Assembly (NCBI GenBank): GCA_040954595.2
Contig: CM082582.2
Coordinates: forward strand, 1,782,303 to 1,846,302
Direction of reading: 5' to 3'
Source: Balanoglossus misakiensis
Lineage: Eukaryota; Animalia; Hemichordata
DNA: 64,000 bases
Part shown: in pieces, positions 14,398-25,383 of the stretch
How the letters are laid out: every line of letters begins with the position of its first letter
Position numbering within the stretch: position 1 is the stretch's first letter
Made by a program: the position numbers and the translations under genes
The notes under the pieces: generated by a model
The model's database searches: none
Told to the model about the DNA's origin: nothing
What the model saw: only the letters and a program-made list of their open reading frames with translations

Positions 14398-15157
14398 TTG
14401 TCATGACACATGACAGTTTATTGGGCATGTTCCTTGTTAATTTATTTACATTCCATATTTCTATATCTTAGATCATATCTGCTTGCAATGTCACCTGTTA
14501 TTTTTATTCTGGTGTGTCACTGTTTCTGCATAATCCTCAAATAGGACCACAGTGTCCTTGACGCTATTTGTTGCTGTGTCATCTGAAAATATATTAGTTA
14601 GCTCCCTGGCGGTATTAAGTGGTGAAAATACATCAGCACCTTCAAGACAATTGATATACAACCTGCAGTTTGACTCATGTATTTTATGTACGCTAACTGA
14701 ATTATGGGTTTCATTTTGGAAAGGAAATAACTGATCTTTTAGATTCTTGGCAGCCATAGCTCTATAGGGTAAATAAATTGCTATTCTCTCCATTAACCCA
14801 CCTGTAGAAGTATGCAGTGCAGCTTTAACATCTTTATTGATGCACATTTCATGGGCTTCATCTAGTGCTACATTAACCCAAGTTGAGCCTGACAAATTTC
14901 AAACAAAACCACCTGCTTTGAAATGTAACAACAGAGAGTTTGGCATCTTCAGAAGGTCAGCAAGATGTCTGGGAATTAACCTCAAGTACAGGGATCGGTC
15001 ATATGCATGGAACAGTGGGTTCATTTATTTCAAAGCCAATATTCGAAGGTTCCAATTTCCTGACCTTATTGCAATGTACAAAGACATGTATGCAAACAAA
15101 TCTTCCTCTATAAATCTAACCCAAAATTTGAAAGTTTTGTCTGTATTTGCCCTTCTG

Positions 15158-15847
15158 CACAGTACGTGAAAACTCCCATAATTCATTCTGATTTGTACAA
15201 TCAGAGATTACTCAGTCAAACCAGGCAAAGTTCACATGTGTAGAGAGAATTGTAGACCACTAATAGAAATTTTGAGATCTTACTTTTAAGGTGAATCTTA
15301 TTGTCAATTACCATTTCAAATGATTTAGAAAATTATGTATTATTGAGAGAGGAGATACGAATTTTATAAAATAATCAAGTAATTGCATAGCCAGCCATAC
15401 AAAAAAGTTTGGAGTACAACAGGGACACTTGAAACACCTGTTTAATCAAACAAAAAGATATTGATATTTTCTTTTGACATAAGAATGGAAATTTACATGT
15501 TAACTTTGCCCTAACAAGCGCATTTGAGTATGACACGTGTTATAGATACTGGCGCTATACAAATTTTTCTGATTGATTGATTGATTGATAACTTTCAACA
15601 GAGACTGGCCACCTCAGTCAATCATTGCTTGGCATTTGCAGTACATGAATACTTTGATTCTTATGGCTTTTAAATTTTGAGTTTGGAATTTTCACTCTAA
15701 TTCCTCAATGTACTTTTCCTAGATAAAAATAAATATATTTATATGTACTTCATATCATTGTTAGTATCTAAACGAGAAAAAGTTATTAAATGGGCAACCT
15801 TCGATGATACAAATCATGGAGAATTGTGGGTAAAATATCGTACTGTG
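15158..15847. mobile_element. Non-autonomous Transib/RAG-like (CAC-ended) transposon, 690 bp
   Basis: TSD TTCTG at 15153-15157 and 15848-15852; termini CACAGTACG...CGTACTGTG; ~45-bp segmented TIR. Removing the element and one TSD restores the Academ frame (QIFCDR-RANTDKTFKFW). Confidence 0.8.
15513..15590 (+). repeat. L2/CR1-type 3' tail
   Basis: AAGCGCATTTGAG...GGCGCTATACAAAT followed by (GATT)n, typical of L2-group 3' ends. Confidence 0.5.
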
Positions 15848-16924
15848 TTCTGTCACAAAAAATCTGAAATTCATCTTGCAAGCGAGTAAGTTGAGTCTTA
15901 AGGTCACCATTAATTTTGTCAATATGATCAGCTTTATCTTCAGTACATTCCAAAGATTTTGTGACAGCTTCTAGTAAACATTTTTGGACTGTTTCTGTAT
16001 TTAAGGGACAGTGCTGGGTATTATGGGTTTCACCCCTCATATTCAAAAAGGAATTGACAAGACATCTAAACATACTTTCCCAAATTTGTCTTAGGAAGCG
16101 ATGAGTTAGCTTGAAATTTGTACACTGTAGTAGGGTTTCCAAAGTTCCCCCTTTATGATTGAACCCTGCCAGATGTTTTAAGCCAACATCCCAGAATATT
16201 TTCATGATGACTGGTTGGTAATTTTTTAGAGTGTGCCAGTCTCTGATAAAAGGCTGCAACCAGTCTAAATTTGCACCATACATGTCTTTTAACTTTATCA
16301 GGTGATGGAAAGTTTTCCCATCACCAACCACAACCAGGTATTTTATTCTTACACCAACTCTGAATGTAACATATACAGCTTATTGATAATGTTATGGACA
16401 GTTTCAATGGTGTCTGCGTGTTCACTTGATATGCCCAAATAAATGACATTTGAGCATTCACTGTCATTACTGTTAGCAGTTGTTGCTAATGTTGATTTAA
16501 AATCCCCAAATACTGTTTCTATATCAGCTCTGTGCATTGCATTTTTCTGTAGAGCAAAAATGAATTGTCAGAAAACAGTTCTGACCAAGCAATGGCTTCT
16601 TCTTGTTTAATGTCAAAATCTGACAGCGAAACTGATGACCGTGGTTGATGTTGTCTCAGTAGTGGTGGTTTAAATACTACATCATCATGAACAGTATCAT
16701 TGGATTTTTTCTCCGTAAATGTACAGGCTTTTCTCACAGGTGCACTCAAACCTCTGTCAACCATGATTTTAGTATTATTTCCACAAGGAAAATTGCCAAC
16801 AATTTCATTCATTTCAGAGTCTACTGTATTTTGTGAACAAAAGCCACTGTTTAATTCCTGCCACCATTCAAATGAATTCTGTGCATTTTCATTCACCAGA
16901 CTATCTTTACTTTTAATTAACAGC

Positions 16925-17420
16925 CTGTTAAGAAGCAAATCATAATGGCCTGGTTGACCTGGCCTGTCTGGTGTGTACAAGAGACAGACAGGCTCAGTCT
17001 TGGAGAACACATAACCATCACCTCTTGCAAATATATCATTCTGCTTGGTGTATATATGTAATGGACATTTTGCAACATACACTACATATAACATTTCTGG
17101 CATACCAGCATATTCATCTGCCTTTTCCATACATTGTGTTCTGTGCAAAATGTCCATATAACGAGTGCCGTCTAACAGGGCATCAAGTTGTGCATCATCC
17201 AGTCCTTCAAAGTATATATGATTGGCACGTATTATGTCTAATGTATCTGCTCTTAACTTGTCTGCAAATATTTTCTCTCGGTCAGCTAAAATTGGGTCAA
17301 AAGGGAGTCCATTAAGTAGACGATCGCAATTTCGAAATGCAAAATCATTTCTCACAGAGATGCTCCTGAAAAAGCACCTTCCATCACAATAAATGTTGAT
17401 TAGCTTAAAATCTTTGACAG
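16925..17420 (-). other. OTU-family cysteine protease (deubiquitinase-like) domain within the Academ reading frame
   Basis: INIYCDGRCFFRSIS (Asp 17383-85, Cys 17374-76)...YAGMPEM...IY...VCLLY...GHYDLL (His 16945-47, Asp 16939-41), all in one open frame. Confidence 0.85.
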
Positions 17421-19730
17421 TTGAATGTTTGTCATGACTGCCAAAAACAATATCATCAATACTGTTCAGAATTGACTATGGTTTTGGTTGGACTATTTGA
17501 TAAGAGGTACCGTGGAAACCTCTGTCCTTTGGATCAGCTGTAACAGCTGCATATTTAGCTGATTTATCAATATTGTCAATGGAAGTTAAACAAAATGCAT
17601 TATTTGCAATATTTTCCTCTGTGAAATCAGCTGATGTTCTTTTGTTGATAACTCCCAACATGTATCTATGCAATGTATCTCCAGAACAAATAATACCAAA
17701 TCAATTTAGAATTTTCACTAGAGTAGATGACCTACTATAACCTTCAACAATGTCAGCCAGGTAAGTATGCAATGGGTAAGTACAATGATCAGAACAAATG
17801 AACAATAGCATACACACAAAACAAACGCCTGAGGAATCGTGCTCTACTCTCCATAGAGTGCTGGTCATAAAATCCATAGTAGTGTTTATTCCATTCAAAG
17901 TTGGAGCTTTTTAATTTACTGCGTTCACTGTTGTTCAACGTTAAATATACAACAGTGTTCCATAACACAGGGTCAATCTCACTGACAATATATTCAACAT
18001 CAAGTGTACTCAGATCAACAATGTTTGTTTTGCAGTAATTACTGAATTCTTGAGATTGCTGATAAATGCTGGCATTTGATTTCACAGCCACCAAATCAAG
18101 CATTTTGAAAAAGTCAACGTCAACTTTACTCAAGTCTCTTACTTGCTTTTCAAGCCTCTCTATCTGTTTCTCAGCTTGCACAACATACTGAGGATGTTCG
18201 ACAAGTGCATTTTGGAGGGCAATAGTGAGATCTGAACCTGTTCGGTACAAAAAGGTGGAGAACTTTCTACTCACTTTTGATGCAACAGAAAGGTGAATTG
18301 GATAATACACACATAGAAATTCCCGAATAAGCCAGCTATTAGGTTTTCTGTGGAATTCCACTCGTTGTAACTTGACAATGGGTCGCAAAGTCTGATATTC
18401 ATTGTCTAAACAATCATTAAAATATTGCCCAACGTCAAACAATAGAATGGCATGTTTTCTGAGGAGCACTTCCCCTAAAAAGACAACAGTTTTCCAGCAT
18501 GCAAAATTCACCAAGTCGGTGTCACAGCTGCAGCCTTTTTGTAGCATTGTGACATATTTTTTAATTTCTTCAGCAAGTGCTATATCACTCGACATAATTA
18601 GGCCTTGTTGAATACTACACCTGGCTTTTTCCGCTAAAAGCAACAAATGTTTGATAACATTTCAAACAAATCAGGCTGTCTTGAGTAAGGGCAAAAAGTG
18701 TGTTAGTCTGTTAGTGAAATGTTTGCACCATATCAAAATCAGGGATTTTAAACAAATTGTTTGCCTGTGATAAGCACGAAGTACACAAGGGATGGCTTTT
18801 TCTCATAGCAAGGATGTAGTGACGTTGACACAGTGGAAATGATGAAAATCCTTTAAAACCTGAGTTGTCTATACTCAATTTTGTACACAGTCCTCCTCGC
18901 CTGAAATCAGCTCTATAATGTCGCGTAAAAAATGGCCTATTTCGCGACCCTTCAGCGGGGCCCACTCTAACGGCTACATGGTTTGAAGTACTTTCCCTCA
19001 TGAACATATGTTAATGAGTACCATGCGATCTGACTGTACAGACAGAATAACACACACACACATCGAGAGATTAACAGGCAAACACTGGCTGACCCATAAG
19101 CTGCCAATGGCATGTGTACTGTACACACAGCAAATGGTCTCTTTAACAGATAGCCAGTTATGAAAACGTGCAGTTACCAATCACTGTTATTATTGACAAA
19201 TTGCATCCAAGTCCAGACACAGGCTTGGATACAATTTGTAAACAATAACAACATTACTTACCCTGCTTCACCGAGCTGAACAAGAAATGATGGGTGATAA
19301 CCAGAATAATACTGAATAAAAATTCAAAAGTTACAGATACAGGACCTTTCCTTGCCCACATATTATATTACTATGGTCTGTGCGTCGCATTTTAATTGGT
19401 CAAGATGAACGACATCACTGACCACAAATACCCAGTAATGGTTTGTTTACATGCCCGTAAATCTGAATAGTAATATTAGCAAACAGTTCAATGAACACAA
19501 CATTTTGCCCCTAGTCTTGTGTGTGGGACATTTTCATAAATATTGAAGGTTTTATTGAGATTGTTGGTAATGTAATGGAAATAAATGCAGGGCTCGGGCT
19601 CGAGGACAGCCAAATTTCATGGGCTCAGAAGCCTTGCCCATGAATTTTTGGCTTTCCCCTCGCCCTTGCCCATAAATAAACGTTAATGGTCAGGGCGTCG
19701 TGCATTATTTCTATATTGTGTTGATCTTAC

Positions 19731-19847
19731 CTGTACACTCTCCATTGACCAATCAATATTCCACAGCACAAGTGCAATAAAATGAGCCTGCTGTATTCAC
19801 ACACTGGACTTCACAAAGATCTGCTCTCTCCATATATTCATTGACAT
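19731..19847 (-). pseudogene. Disabled calcium-binding EGF exon
   Basis: Flanks TTTCAG| and |GTAAGA; 117 bp, phase 1-1. DVNEYMERADLCEVQCVNTAGSFYCTCAVEY*LVNGECT: the first Cys position reads Tyr and there is an in-frame TGA. Confidence 0.85.
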
Positions 19848-19993
19848 CTGAAATCAAAGATAGTTATTATTAATAAATTTATTATTATTTATTTCCTAAC
19901 AAATGTAATACACATACATTTCAGTGCATTTTCTACAGAAAATAATAAAATTAGAAAACAAGTGAAAGCTTAAAGGATACAAAATTACACTTA

Positions 19994-21921
19994 TAGTAGC
20001 AGAAATTCCTGCAACTGTAATTAGAAATGATAACGAAATAGAGGGTTTCAAACTTAATAATTATAAAGTTAAGATCACACAATTAGCTGATGATATGCAG
20101 GTATACATAAGCAAAGAAAAATCTCTCATGCGTTTACTTAACTTGATTGATGAGTATGGGAAGTATTCTGGTTTGAAACTAAATAGAGACAAGACGGAAG
20201 GCTTAAAACTAGGAGGCTGGAAAGCTAAGAACAACCTTGGCTTGATTTCATGGCCTGATAAACCAATTAAAGTATTGGGTGTTTATTTTGGATATGCACG
20301 TTTTGAAGAGGAAGTAAGGAAGTTAAATTGGGATACTAAGATTGACAGAATTGAAATACTCTTAGATTCATGGAAGAAAAGATATTTGTCAATTTTTGGA
20401 AAAATCACAATTATTAAATGTTTAGCCATGTCGAAAATAACATATTTGGCATCGATGATTGACATTCCTGATGCCGTGATAAATAGATTAAGTAGTTTGT
20501 TCTATGATTTTTTATGGAGTGGGAAAAAAGGGAAGATTAAGAGGGAAATCATTATAAATAAATATGAAAAGGGAGGGGTACAAATGATTGATATCAGGTC
20601 AATGGTGAAGGCACTGAAATGCAGATGGGTGGAACGGCTCATGAAAGCTAATTGTGATACGTGGAAAGCAGTGATTGATTTTTATTTCAAAGATTTCGGA
20701 GGGATCAAAAATATCTTCTCTTATAATTTTGACAAAAGAGGTTTAACTTTCATTACGAGAAACATTCCAAACTTTTACAGAAATGTTCTATTTAGCTGGT
20801 ACGATATTGTCATGAATAACAACAAGGTTAAAATGTCTCCGAACAATATTGGAGAGGAAGTAATTTGGGGAAATCAACATATAACATGTAATAATAGAGT
20901 CTTGTTTTTTACTGAATGGATTGACTGCAACATAATGTATGTTTCAGATTTGTTTCAAAAAGGTGTTTTCATGAAACAGGGCTATTTATTAGAAAAATTG
21001 AAAAACAAAAGAAATTGGATAACACAGTATCTAATACTGAAAAAAGCCATACCAAACGAATGGAAGAGAAGAATGATGTCTGCTAAGAACTTTCTGTGTG
21101 TAAATCGAGATATAAAGACAATAATGAAAAAAGATCACACAGGGAAATACAAAAATATACATGATTTTTTATGCAAAGATTTTTATTGGAACATTGTGAA
21201 CAGAAAGGCGTTGAAGTCATATGCGCCGACATTTTGGGCAAATAGTTGTGATACAGAACACATAAACTGGGCGTCAATCATGAAAATTAAAATAAAAGAC
21301 ATGGGTGTTAAAAAAATTGCCCAATTTAATTATTTTTTACTTTACAACAAAATCCCACACGGTTTAAATCTGTGGAAATGGAAGAAAGCAGACAATCCAA
21401 ATTGTGAAATATGTAAATGTACGGATGACTGCATGCATTTTCTTTTTGATTGCTCTGTTGTGAAACATTTTTGGAAAAGACTGAACGTTCTTATTAATAC
21501 TGTGTACAATATTAACATAAAGCTAATTTGGAAGCATATTGTATTTGGGTACATGATGGAATGTGACAAGCTTGAATCACTAAATATGATCATAATGGTG
21601 GCAACTTTTTGTGTATACAAAGCAAGAATTATTAACGAAAATCACATACGCCGATTATTAATAGAAGAGTTAACGTACTCTCAACAGATAAAAAAGGATG
21701 GAAAAATTCATGAGTGTCTAAGTCTTCTTTGAGATGTAAAATTATTATAGAGTTCACCATAACTATATGTATTTGAAATATTGATAATGAACAGAAACAT
21801 TGTAAAGTTGGATCTTGCCTTTATCAGACGCATGTGTAAAAATGTATGTTAATTGAGTGGGATGTAAAAATGTACGTTAATTTGAGTTGAATAAACATTA
21901 CTTTAAAGAAAAAAAAAAGAA
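19994..21921 (+). mobile_element. 5'-truncated Tx1/L1-clade LINE, young
   Basis: Open frame from ~19993 (IVAEIPATVIR...KITQLADDMQV) to 21732, with KVLGVYF, GKITIIK, GG-x-x-x-D and the zinc knuckle CEIC...HFLFDC. AATAAA at 21890, poly(A), and TSD AAAATTACACTTA at 19981-19993 and 21922-21934. Confidence 0.92.
20095..21732 (+). CDS. C-terminal part of LINE ORF2 (end of RT, thumb, zinc knuckle)
   Basis: 545-aa ORF with no stops; the first Met is internal because of the 5' truncation. Confidence 0.85.
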   Translation: MQVYISKEKSLMRLLNLIDEYGKYSGLKLNRDKTEGLKLGGWKAKNNLGLISWPDKPIKVLGVYFGYARFEEEVRKLNWDTKIDRIEILLDSWKKRYLSIFGKITIIKCLAMSKITYLASMIDIPDAVINRLSSLFYDFLWSGKKGKIKREIIINKYEKGGVQMIDIRSMVKALKCRWVERLMKANCDTWKAVIDFYFKDFGGIKNIFSYNFDKRGLTFITRNIPNFYRNVLFSWYDIVMNNNKVKMSPNNIGEEVIWGNQHITCNNRVLFFTEWIDCNIMYVSDLFQKGVFMKQGYLLEKLKNKRNWITQYLILKKAIPNEWKRRMMSAKNFLCVNRDIKTIMKKDHTGKYKNIHDFLCKDFYWNIVNRKALKSYAPTFWANSCDTEHINWASIMKIKIKDMGVKKIAQFNYFLLYNKIPHGLNLWKWKKADNPNCEICKCTDDCMHFLFDCSVVKHFWKRLNVLINTVYNINIKLIWKHIVFGYMMECDKLESLNMIIMVATFCVYKARIINENHIRRLLIEELTYSQQIKKDGKIHECLSLL

Positions 21922-22213
21922 AAAATTACACTTAAAAACCCAAAACAAACAGAAACAGTTCTGAAAGACAATCCCTATAAACAAAAAAAACAATGGAATG
22001 AAATAGTGCTGAATAAAAAGACGAGTCTTTAAACCCCTTTGAAAACTGTTAATAGATCCAGCATTGCAGATAGAAGGTGCACAAACACTGAATCCTCTTT
22101 AGCCATATGCCTTGTTAAGTTTTGAAATGATCATTCATGGTGATTAGTGATCAAGAATATACCCGTAAAAAAAATTACTCTACCCTCAGAGAAGCATTTT
22201 GTAATGTCTTTAA

Positions 22214-22934
22214 GGTGGCATTGCATGAAACCGTCGAGACTTTTTCAGAGGCCTATTTCTCATCAAAGACAACGTTAAAACCCCCATAAACCATATATAT
22301 TCTGGAAGCTGAGTTTTTGAGCTTTTGTTTGAGTTGCATATATTATTGATCCCCGGAAATCGAGGCGTTTTTGGGTTAAAAAAAACATTTCTTGATATTA
22401 TGTCATTAAATTCAATTTAGGTAAAAAAGCTGACTTAATATGTCACTCGAAACTAGAGTACACGTGCAAAAAAAAAAACACGGTAATTTTGTTTTGCGTT
22501 ATCTGCTTCCATTGAGGAGTAACAGTGTTTGAGAGTTAGATTTTTAGAAAATTTGATCAAATTCACAGTGAGTTGTATTGAATCAGAGTTTATTCCCGCC
22601 AGGGAAACTTTATCAACTAAAAAAATATGTTTTGTTGGATGGGTCATACACAATACCCTATTAAAATTTGAGCAAATTCGGCCAACGCAGAGCGAAGCTA
22701 AATTCTTCTGAAGTTGTCAAGAGCAGCAAAAATGCAAACTGAGAAAAACGGCCATTTGCATTGTTGACACCTATTTGTTAAGCTGTGAACTCATTCAGAA
22801 AAGTGCTATTTGGGGTGGTTATGCACCATTTCCGCCAAGACGTATTAGACAGGATGTTGATCAGTATTAGACCTACCGATTTATGTAAAAAAGTAAAATT
22901 TAGCAACAATCACAACTTTTCATGCAATGCCACC
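22214..22934. mobile_element. Kolobok-like non-autonomous element (TTAA TSD)
   Basis: TTAA|GGTGGCATTGCATGAAA...TTTCATGCAATGCCACC|TTAA, a perfect 17-bp TIR. The interior is related to ~1560-1770 in opposite orientation. Confidence 0.8.
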
Positions 22935-23394
22935 TTAACATGAGATGAAAACTATATGAATTTTCTAAGTGTATATTTATTCTTTGCAGAGGTAATTTAT
23001 TTAGCTATAGGTTGATAATTTATGTTAATTTGATTGAGTTATGCATATAAGTAGTGAAAATACTTGCCCATGAATATATCAGACAGTCTTATAGTATCGT
23101 GAGAGGTTGATGACACATATTCTTAACCACATATTTCTTGATCAATTACACCAAAGTCCTCAATATCCATGGCGATCCTTTTCTAGGAATTTTAACACTC
23201 TCTATCATTCTCATTTTAACAAAATCCCCTGAAACTTGTGTACCCTGTCAGTACGAGTGTACTGTTGATTTCAAATTTTAAAATGTGTGCAATGGACAGA
23301 CAAGATGTGTGTTTAGCTGATTGTAACCATAGTAATATACAATCCCCAAACAATGTAGCCACAGAAGAGACTAACAGAGACCACAGTTACATAC

Positions 23395-23517
23395 CGCCAC
23401 ATGCATGGCCATCATCCAGCAGATAGAATCCTGGTCTGCAAGTGCAGAGATAACTACCATGGGTATTCTGACAATAGTGTTGACATGCATTTCCACCACT
23501 GTGACATTCGTTCATAT
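23395..23517 (-). CDS. Calcium-binding EGF exon (open frame; orphan exon of a fibrillin/fibulin/MEGF-type gene)
   Basis: Flanks CCTCCAG| and |GTATGT; 123 bp, phase 1-1. DMNECHSGGNACQHYCQNTHGSYLCTCRPGFYLLDDGHACG with all six Cys. Confidence 0.85.
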
Positions 23518-24121
23518 CTGGAGGGTAAGAAGAAATTAGAAATAATTTACAAGCATTACATTATTCAAGATAAGCCTACTCTTGACTACTGAAATGTCAC
23601 ACCAAAGACACCTGGGCTCAGATTTATAACAAGATGGGGATAATTTGTCTCAATTTGATCATTTGAGACAAAATATCCCCAAACTTATATATTGTCGATG
23701 TAACATTATAACATAGTTATATCACTGTCAGGCATTTGTGTCCTACAATCAAGCGGTTTTAGGCACCTGCAGTCATTTTGATGGAGTTGGTTTGAATCCC
23801 ACCAGTGCCAGAAGTGTGAGATGGTCAACTGGACTTGAGGCTTTTGAGTTGAACCAAACTTTATTTCTAAGTCTAGGAGCTGCATGCACCAACTAAGGCC
23901 TAAACAATGGCTTCGAGATTGAAGAGAACTCACAAACACATGCAATCACTTTTATAGGAGTAAACAGGTGTTAAAATAACATGTAAATTTTAGAGTTTTT
24001 TTGTTTAATAGGATTTGTATTCAAATTCTATTTCTGAGTCTTACACAGTGATGATCTTTTGTCATGCATTGATGTCATGCAACCACTCACTAATTACACA
24101 CATGTGTTGGTGAGTATCTAC

Positions 24122-24270
24122 AACCACATGTTGAAAGAACCTCTTTAAATTTGACACCTGCAATCCAAACAATTTCTTCAGTCCCTTTGGTGTTAGACGG
24201 GTTTGACTGTACTTGAAAGTGCAGTTGATATACAGAACAAAATTCTAAAAAAATAGAAATTGCAGACAGT
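24122..24270 (+). repeat. Direct duplicate of 9603-9742
   Basis: Right half of the MITE plus ~50 bp of its flank (TACTTGAAAGTGCA...TTGCAGACAGT), shared with several substitutions and indels. Confidence 0.85.
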
Positions 24271-24483
24271 GACCCTTTAAAGGCCCTACTCAACAGTGAG
24301 TCAAAACCTTTCTTTCCAATAAACAGTTGCGTGCTAACACAAAGGATTTCTTATTTGCCTTCATTGTCCTGCCCTGGGATTGAGAAAATGGCCTTTAATA
24401 TGTAAAGTGTCAGTTGCAGATGCATGGCAGTACAATTGACACGATCCTTCAATTTTACAGTGCAATTATAAGATAATACTTAC

Positions 24484-24587
24484 AAATCCTCCAGACATTA
24501 TTCTGAAGAGAGATCTGTATGCTTCCTGGTTGTTATTCATAAACTGGAACTCCACAGTGCGTGAGTTGCAAAACATGGCAGTGATTG
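24484..24587 (-). pseudogene. MED25: MED25 ACID/PTOV exon, frameshifted
   Basis: Flanks CCTACAG| and |GTAAGT; 104 bp. QSL/..MFCNSRTVEFQFMNNNQEAYRSLFRIMSGGF versus recalled human [36 protein letters not shown] (36 aa), so 4 bp short. Confidence 0.88.
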
Positions 24588-25239
24588 CTGTAGGGGAAAC
24601 ATTGACACCTACATAACTCATAGAATACAGCTACATGTATGGTATACCAGGTTCACACAGGGTAAAACTTGAGGCACTATTTGCCTATGGTAAACACAGA
24701 GCATTAATCATTTGAGTCGCCTTGTGTCCACACACACAAAGTTTATGTATAGGCACTGAGGCTCAGCCCCATAGATGGGTTGCGGAGAGGTGTTAATCTT
24801 TCCACCAGCGCAGGTCTGGCTGGCAAAGCCATCTCAAATCTGAGATGTTTCAGGACCAAGTTAAACCATTTACACATAATAATTTACGCCAGTATTTGAT
24901 CTGAGACGTTTCAGAACCGTCTTAATGGTCCCTATGTGACCCCCATTAAAGGAGAGAAATAGATTGTCGTATTGGGCAAATTCTATTCAATTGTGTTACT
25001 AATATATTCTGTTTGATTTGATTTTGCCAAGTGGATAATATTGCTTTGAATTTCTAACATTCAGTGACCCAGTCTTCTAAAATTTGGCAACATTGTTCTG
25101 TGGCACAACATCGAGTGATAGTGCCCTCACACATGAAATTTGGCAATACTGCCTTCATGCATGAAAACAAATAGTGATACATACTGTCTCTCACTTTCAA
25201 AAACAATGTTATCCACACAAAAATCAACAGTGTACATAC

Positions 25240-25383
25240 CAGTAATTGTTGTGGGATAAGCCGCATGACCAGCTTTGTGAGCCAATTATCAGCCTGTAAT
25301 TTGCCAGTTGGAGATGCAATCACACTGCAAGCCACTGATCTTGTGACTCTTGCTGTAGGGTCCTGAGAGGCACCTCTAAGATT
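25240..25383 (-). pseudogene. MED25: MED25 ACID/PTOV exon with a mutated splice acceptor
   Basis: 48 codons NLRGASQDPTARVTRSVACSVIASPTGKLQADNWLTKLVMRLIPQQLL align without gaps to recalled human [48 protein letters not shown]. Donor GTATGT is intact; the acceptor reads TTCTTCAA instead of TTCTTCAG. Confidence 0.9.

Larger units (their letters stand above)
12194..19007 (-). mobile_element. Decayed AcademX-like DNA transposon gene (DDE transposase + OTU insert + XPG-like nuclease + Cys-rich C-terminus)
   Basis: Colinear motifs across broken ORFs: SIDNID...FHGTS...VQPKP; VGDGKT...DWH; ALDEAHEMCINKDVK; EVHLLFDDP..SPK; CHEEADSRCILHA; SPDID; LHWKRSCWVS; CGCK..C..RCCKC....CGPACQC; acidic tail. The order transposase-XPG-Cys finger is the described Academ architecture. 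Termini not found. Confidence 0.7.
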
